DNA from: Lingula anatina
Taxonomy: Eukaryota; Animalia; Brachiopoda
Direction: 5' to 3'
Length of the DNA stretch: 64,000 nucleotides
Assembly: GCA_051362555.1 (NCBI GenBank)
Contig: CM120642.1
Location: forward strand, 23,188,001 to 23,252,000
Shown: piece by piece, positions 58,601 to 64,000 of the stretch
Numbering within the stretch: the first letter of the stretch is position 1
Layout: every line of letters starts with the position of its first letter
Notes under the pieces: generated by a model
Database searches by the model: none
What the model was told of the DNA's origin: nothing
The model's input: the letters and a program-made list of their open reading frames with translations, nothing else
Position numbers and translations under genes: made by a program

Positions 58601-61141
58601 AATTGTATTCAGATTAAGCGGCCTCAATGTCTGACACGCCTACTGAAACTGCTAAACGATAATTAATTACACCCTATCAGTTTTAGTAGGCGTGCCAGAC
58701 ATCAGAGCCGCTTTAAGCTGAATGTAATTTAGCGAGAAACCCGTCGGAGATAGAACGGTCTATGAGATCGATCTAGGTATTGGAATGGGGTCTTATTCAA
58801 ACTGCTGTATATGCAAAACGTCTACTATCATTCACGATTATGATCGCCACCGCTTGCTAATAATCTTCCGTGCTGTGGCTAAAATGGCCCGCTAAACATG
58901 TTTGTTTTCCACCCGGCTCTCTGTGCTACGCACGTTTTATATGGTTTGTGATCATAAGAGGTCCACATGATGTGCGCCCACACGCCACCTGTTTTTGCTT
59001 CCTCTTATAATCTTGAATGGTCAATTGGTTGCCCTAATGCTTTCCCCGCAAAGTCTTCGCCTTATATAATAAATGAACCTTGAATTGTGAAGTCAAAACA
59101 ACATTATCAATATTACGATAAAATTCATCTTTACTGAGTATTTAATTAACATGGGACCTTATTTTATTATCTTTTTTTTTCTTTTTGAAGAAATGCTAGA
59201 CTCCGTGAAGTTTATAATTATTATCATAATAACATTTATTTTATTTTATAAAAGTTTATAATATTGAATTCCAGACTTAGGGAGGTAATGGGCTAAATAA
59301 TATACAATCCCAGAATTTCATATACTGTATTTTGGCGAGATAAGGAATTCAAGATCCGACACCAACGTCCAATTAGCGTCCGATTGTAATAACTGCGAAA
59401 TAACAACAGACTCATTGGCAGAAAGAACAGGTCGTTTAAGTTCAAGCCAGGGCTTTTAGGGTCGTTGTTTGACCTTACGAGATCATTGCTAAGAAACCGT
59501 TTACGTCAGTGATATAGTAATAGACCGCGTTCAGATAAACCCTAGCTGGATCGATCCATATATGAGGGGATTCTCATTCAAGTGCATGCATTGTAATCAG
59601 CTTAATTGTCCAACAGGCCTCCTCGAGTGAAAGAGCTTCCGAGAGCCGAGCACGCACCTTAGTCAATTACCCACTTACTGGTCAAGGAGGCATACCAGAC
59701 ACATAAGCTGATCACATTGACTGCACTCCAGCGAGAATCCCCGCAGAGTTGGATCGATTCATCTAGTTTGAAAGGTTTATCTGAACGCTCCCATTGCCTG
59801 CACTTCAGCAAGAATCCCAACAGAGTTGGATCGGTCCATGGGGTTTATCTGAACCCTCTCATAGAAAGCACGCTTAAAGTTGTCGTTCAGATTGCCATTA
59901 ACACATCTCCGTCAGATCTCTGTTACGTCTTGTATTTCTATTTTCAGAATGGTATGACATCGGCTACAATTTCCTGGTGGCTGAAGACGGTGTGATCTAC
60001 GAAGGTCGAGGGTGGGATTACATCGGGGCTCACAGCTATCGGTGAGGACACTTCAAGTCCTGATACATGTACTACGATTACAGCATTTGAGTTTGATAAT
60101 GTTTTTTAGAGACTGCAAGAGATTGACTTCGTCTCTCTCATTGTTTGCTTTCAAGTTTGATTGTTTTCCTGTTGAAAAAATGTCCAGGCTACGGATTAGC
60201 CAGTTTTACCACATTTCAAAAATTTTAATTTACCCTTAAAAGGTGAATCTGTACAGCAGCGGACAGGTTGTAGTTTTAATTCAGTGATACTGGCCTGGGT
60301 GTATCAAAAATAAATACCATTCTTCATGGGAAAGAAAGTCGAAGACCAGAAGAGGTCTTGCCTGCATTTTGTTAACATCGAAACTATTTCTTTTCAACAT
60401 ATAATCATAGCTACAATATCCTTATAACAGGCATTTCAATCTCTCCTTATACCTTACAGCTGGAACAACGATTCCTATGGCATCGCATTCATCGGTGACT
60501 TCCGCTTCCAGGCGCCCAAGGAACGCGCTCTCACCGCTCTCAGAGAATTTCTGAAGTACAGTGTTTATAAGCAGAAACTGTCTCCGGATTATGTCTTGTA
60601 CGGACAGTGCCAGGTCCGCCCCTTCGAGAGCCCGGGGGAGGAACTCTATAAGATTTTGATGACATGGGACCATTGGGTAAGTAGGTCAGATAGTTGATTG
60701 CAATCAGTAGCAATGGGCTCAGGATGATAGAGCTAACAAGTTACGTTGAGCCGGTTCAGAACCTGTGTGTTCATGTACGAGTCTCAAGATTTTAAATCTA
60801 GTGTGGTACGAGAAAATGAAACTGTCCTTTTCTCAATACGCAAAATCGTAAGTTTTTAGCATTTTACATGCAGACTCTCTAAATCTTTTCTTGTGTGGCA
60901 CGTTTTTTGAATTTCTTTCAAAAAAAAAATAGAAAACATGTTCGATTATCGAAAAATGATTTATTGAAGAACTTCACGCGAGGGCTATGATTTGTAGTTC
61001 AGTTCAGCAAGTATGTCATATTTATGTATTTATATATTTATTTATGATTTCTTTTTTCAGCAACCGCGCATTGGTACGAACGAGGAACTAAAACTTGGGC
61101 CTCACAATAGGACGTCATATTGTGTAGACGATCGGTTGTAA
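43029..61141 (+). CDS. Transmembrane peptidoglycan-recognition receptor: death domain - linker - DZIP3-type HEPN-like domain - TM - non-catalytic PGRP domain (~652 aa)
   Basis: Exons 43029-43050 (candidate start MRSKGKG, least certain), 54745-55356, 55831-56571, 56905-57096, 59948-60041, 60460-60676, 61061-61141 (TAA). GT-AG introns in phases 1,1,1,1,2,0 give one open frame. Death domain RQLSLLLDP...[12 protein letters not shown]...PTKALL...[14 protein letters not shown]-like LLYP...[13 protein letters not shown]...W...P...[36 protein letters not shown] motifs [54 protein letters not shown]...W.HW. Confidence 0.85.
45450..45521. repeat. (GT)n(GA)n compound microsatellite
   Basis: Direct reading. 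Confidence 0.95.
48013..48085. repeat. (GT)n/(GCGT)n microsatellite
   Basis: Direct reading. Confidence 0.9.
51286..54168. repeat. Long inverted repeat (arms ~51286-51879 and ~53601-54168, spacer ~1.7 kb); foldback-like element with hAT-like CAGGGG termini
   Basis: For example CAAGTTGTACAACTTGCTGAATTACTCATCAAAAATCAAGACAACTT and GCATAGGTCTACAGTTTGACACACGAAGT in the left arm are reverse-complemented in the right arm. Confidence 0.9.
54753..55030 (+). other. Death domain (MyD88/IMD-like) coding segment
   Basis: [57 protein letters not shown]...[22 protein letters not shown] fits the six-helix death-domain pattern. Confidence 0.85.
55513..55756. mobile_element. Tc1/mariner-type MITE (TA TSD) between the death-domain and HEPN exons
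   Basis: TA|CACACAATGGAGAATGGAAGTGTCACCCC ... GGGGTGACACTTCCATTGTCCATTGTGTG|TA. Confidence 0.85.
55870..56320 (+). other. DZIP3-type HEPN-like domain coding segment
   Basis: Pattern [12 protein letters not shown]...[14 protein letters not shown]...WDKTP...[11 protein letters not shown]...[15 protein letters not shown] parallels the invertebrate DZIP3-like HEPN consensus recalled from memory. Confidence 0.75.
56439..56501 (+). other. Transmembrane helix (type II signal-anchor)
   Basis: 21 hydrophobic residues [21 protein letters not shown] preceded by basic HKYGK. Confidence 0.9.
58542..58794. mobile_element. Palindromic MITE, family A
   Basis: CATTCCCATACCTAGATCGAT...ATCGATCTAGGTATTGGAATGGGGTCTT; very similar to 63611-63877. 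Confidence 0.85.
59525..59860. mobile_element. Family A-related palindromic MITE with duplicated right end
   Basis: GCGTTCAGATAAACCC...GGATCGATCC left end; GGTTTATCTGAAC right end occurs twice (~59775 and ~59842). A left-end fragment also occurs at 35737-35800. Confidence 0.65.
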
Positions 61142-63610
61142 CAAAATGTATTAGATGAAAAGCACAACTCGAATGTGTCTGCCGAGACAACTACCACAAT
61201 CCTCGAGCAGTTCAACATCATTAAGGAAAATGACGTACCGTTGCTTTGATAGTTGATGTGCTCAGCAGGCACATCGAAAAAGACGGCCTTTTGTATATTA
61301 AAACGGCAGGTGGACGTCACACCATTAAAAAAAATTACAAGAGGAGCCCGAGGTTTTGTGTGACAAAATACGTCTCACAAAGTTTGTATTTTAGAGTCGA
61401 TGATATTAAGATACAATATGACTGCCGATGTTGGTTTTATAGAAGAAATATAACAGCAAGTGGTGTGGTTATATGCAACAATGATGAGTAAAAATAAACG
61501 ACAGCAAAAACAATAGAATGTCTAGAGTCATCACTACCCCACAGGTTGCACTATGCCCAGATATGCATAACATGTATGCATTTATTTCTTAGCATTGCCA
61601 AAGGCGGCGAAATTACAGGGACTTGATACTCATTGATGCCATAGAATTTTTAGGCAGGCATGTTCCAGTAGTTTTCGAATGTCAGAGTACTGCTGTTGGA
61701 TATTTAATTCTGTTCAGGGCTTAGTTATTTTTATTTGAGGGTAAACTGTACACATAGAACTGGCCTAATTTTATTTTCATCTAGTCGCTCAATATAAACG
61801 TTACAAAATGGCTGTTTTGTTATCAGCCACTCATAAAGGTAGCAGCAATCAAAATTGAGCATTTAAGGTAACTTTTAAATGGTATTGTCTAGTCATGTAT
61901 AGAGGAAGCGGCATAGGCTCCAATTTGCTCCATAAACAGTGTTCACAGTATACTACATTGTAAATATAGCTACATGTACATATAAAATGATCAACTGGTT
62001 ATCCAGTTTGACATCAGATTGCCAAGAATTTTTTATTTTTATTTTTTAGTTTGAATGTTATAGATTGACCTATTATACATTGTCAACAAGAGCGAAGATA
62101 GCATAACGTTGTATTATGCTTAATGTTATTCTGCATGGTACTATTAACAGATATTTAGCAAATATTAACTATTTTTAAGTACAAGAAAAATATGCATTCT
62201 GCGTACATAGTGGGATCAGTGGCAATAGAACCCTGACAACTGCCTTCTTTTGTATTACTACAAGCGTTGGAAAACAGTGCAGTTTTTTTCACTCACCTTA
62301 CAAATTGTTTAAAAGTAGGTACTTTGCATGTATATAAAGGTCATTGCAATACGATTAAATGTGTAAGTATTAAATACTGACTTAATGATATTTCATTTTC
62401 AGTTCTACAGTGTAATTGTATCTTAATTTACACTGTATGCCCCTTGAGTACTATTTCTGATAAAACACTATGGGTAGTAAGTGTTGTAATTAGTGTTTGG
62501 GGTGTGACATATCCCATCAGCCATAAACATTTTCAGCGCTGGAAAATAAAAAAGTCCCATTTGTGTATTGTATTATATTTACAATAGCGTTTGGTCTCAA
62601 TAAACAGAAGTCCCACCGTGTATTTTGTACACAAGCATGTAAATGTTTAAATATTTTTCAATATATTTTTTATTATCAGTGAAATGTATTCCTTTTCATA
62701 TATGGGGGCCAAAATTAAGATAAAACTATTTAAGGTCATCTGGTAATATGATAGTTATTTTTTTGGCAATTGCCAAACTTTATTTTAAGAAAGATAGCGT
62801 CGTCTTTGTTTTACTTTTAGCATTAAATTACTATAGAACAGTGGTGCTGCCAGTTAGTTTGCAACCTACAAACATAATGTATTGAAGCTTTTCAAGTTAT
62901 GCACACTCTTTTGTGAAGAAAGTTGACATTTTAAAGTTCCATTACTGCTACCCACTGGAATGTAAAAAAAAGCAATTTGCCATTTAGATGTATGTAGTTG
63001 GGATTCCGGGTAAGACATTAAAAAAACCAGAATTCTATTGTAAAAAGGCTTTCAGTGACCACTAGTCGGTTATTACAGGTATATATCACAAGAACACCGT
63101 TTAACGAGGAACCAGTCTTCCAAGCATTGCTAGTATTCGTTATGGAATTCAATAGTGTAAACAAAAAAAAACTGTCTCATTCAATTTCCGTGTATTGTTG
63201 GCTATAAGACCATTCACTTTTGGTCTGTATGTATTACATCTATCCATGAAATAAATAAATCTAATGATATATATTTACATGTACATTTTAATTACTCCAT
63301 CCCATTAATTTTTTTTTTTTTTTTTTTTGGGGGGGGGGACAAAAATCTGCATGGCCTATTATTCAATATTGTAATTTACTCATATAATAACAGTCATTAA
63401 TTGTCCGTTTTTCATAACATCTTTTCTCCCCTCTACAATCTCGTACATATACATTTTGTACGTCCTTATCTACACAAACACATGCTATAAAGTGAATAAA
63501 GACGACCAATTCATCGAAAACGTTACTGTTCTATTTCAAATAACGACAAAGGCTCAATTTATACAAGGGATAATAATTCAAATCATGCCGACCATTAAAT
63601 ATTGTAGTTT

Positions 63611-63877
63611 AAGAACCCATTCCCATACCTAGATCGATCTAGCAGGATCGACCCATCTCCGAGGGGATTCTTGCTAAATTGCATTCAGGTTAAGCGGCTT
63701 AGATGTCTGGCACACCTACTGACGCTGTTAAACGATCGTTAATTACCCCCTAACAGCTTTGGTAGGCGTGCCGGACATCAGAGCCGCTTAATCTGAATGT
63801 AATTTAGCGAGAAACCCCTCGGAGATGGGTCGATCCTGCTAGTCGACCTAGTAAAGTATTTGTGGGGATGGGGTCTT
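63611..63877. mobile_element. Palindromic MITE, family A (least diverged copy)
   Basis: TTAAGAACCCATTCCCATACCTAGATCGATCTAGCAGGATCGACCCATCTCCGAGGGG ... CCCCTCGGAGATGGGTCGATCCTGCTAG...GGGGTCTTAA. Confidence 0.85.
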
Positions 63878-64000
63878 AAATTATACATACAATTACCGAT
63901 AAAATATCGTACAGTGCATGCTTGATTGAATGCGACTTCTGTTTCCAACCCGTTGGTCTCAAATTCCTATGTGTACATGTAGTGTGGTGTTATGCAATGA

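Noticed and set aside
62296-62537. Apparent minus-strand acceptor/donor pair
   Set aside because: The frames read contain early stops; no coding support.

Overview
AT-rich, intron-containing animal genomic DNA with microsatellites and MITEs. It is probably a marine invertebrate such as a mollusc; this is inferred, not demonstrable from the sequence. From left to right: (1) the 5' LTR and an uninterrupted gag-protease-RT ORF of a BEL/Pao LTR retrotransposon on the - strand; (2) 15 exons of a divergent ACSF2/4CL-like acyl-CoA synthetase (+), with a decayed Tc1 element in one intron; (3) a 795-aa ankyrin-repeat ORF without internal introns; (4) a two-exon secreted single-PAN-domain gene; (5) a five-exon secreted protein with two PCSK9-C-terminal/resistin-like Cys-rich modules plus a PAN domain; (6) the most striking item, a spliced gene predicted to encode a ~650-aa type II membrane receptor. 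It has a cytoplasmic MyD88-like death domain and a DZIP3-type HEPN-like domain, a transmembrane helix, and an extracellular non-catalytic PGRP (peptidoglycan-recognition) domain. All gene models were assembled by hand from GT-AG boundaries and frame continuity. Domain calls come from motif recognition, not database searches.
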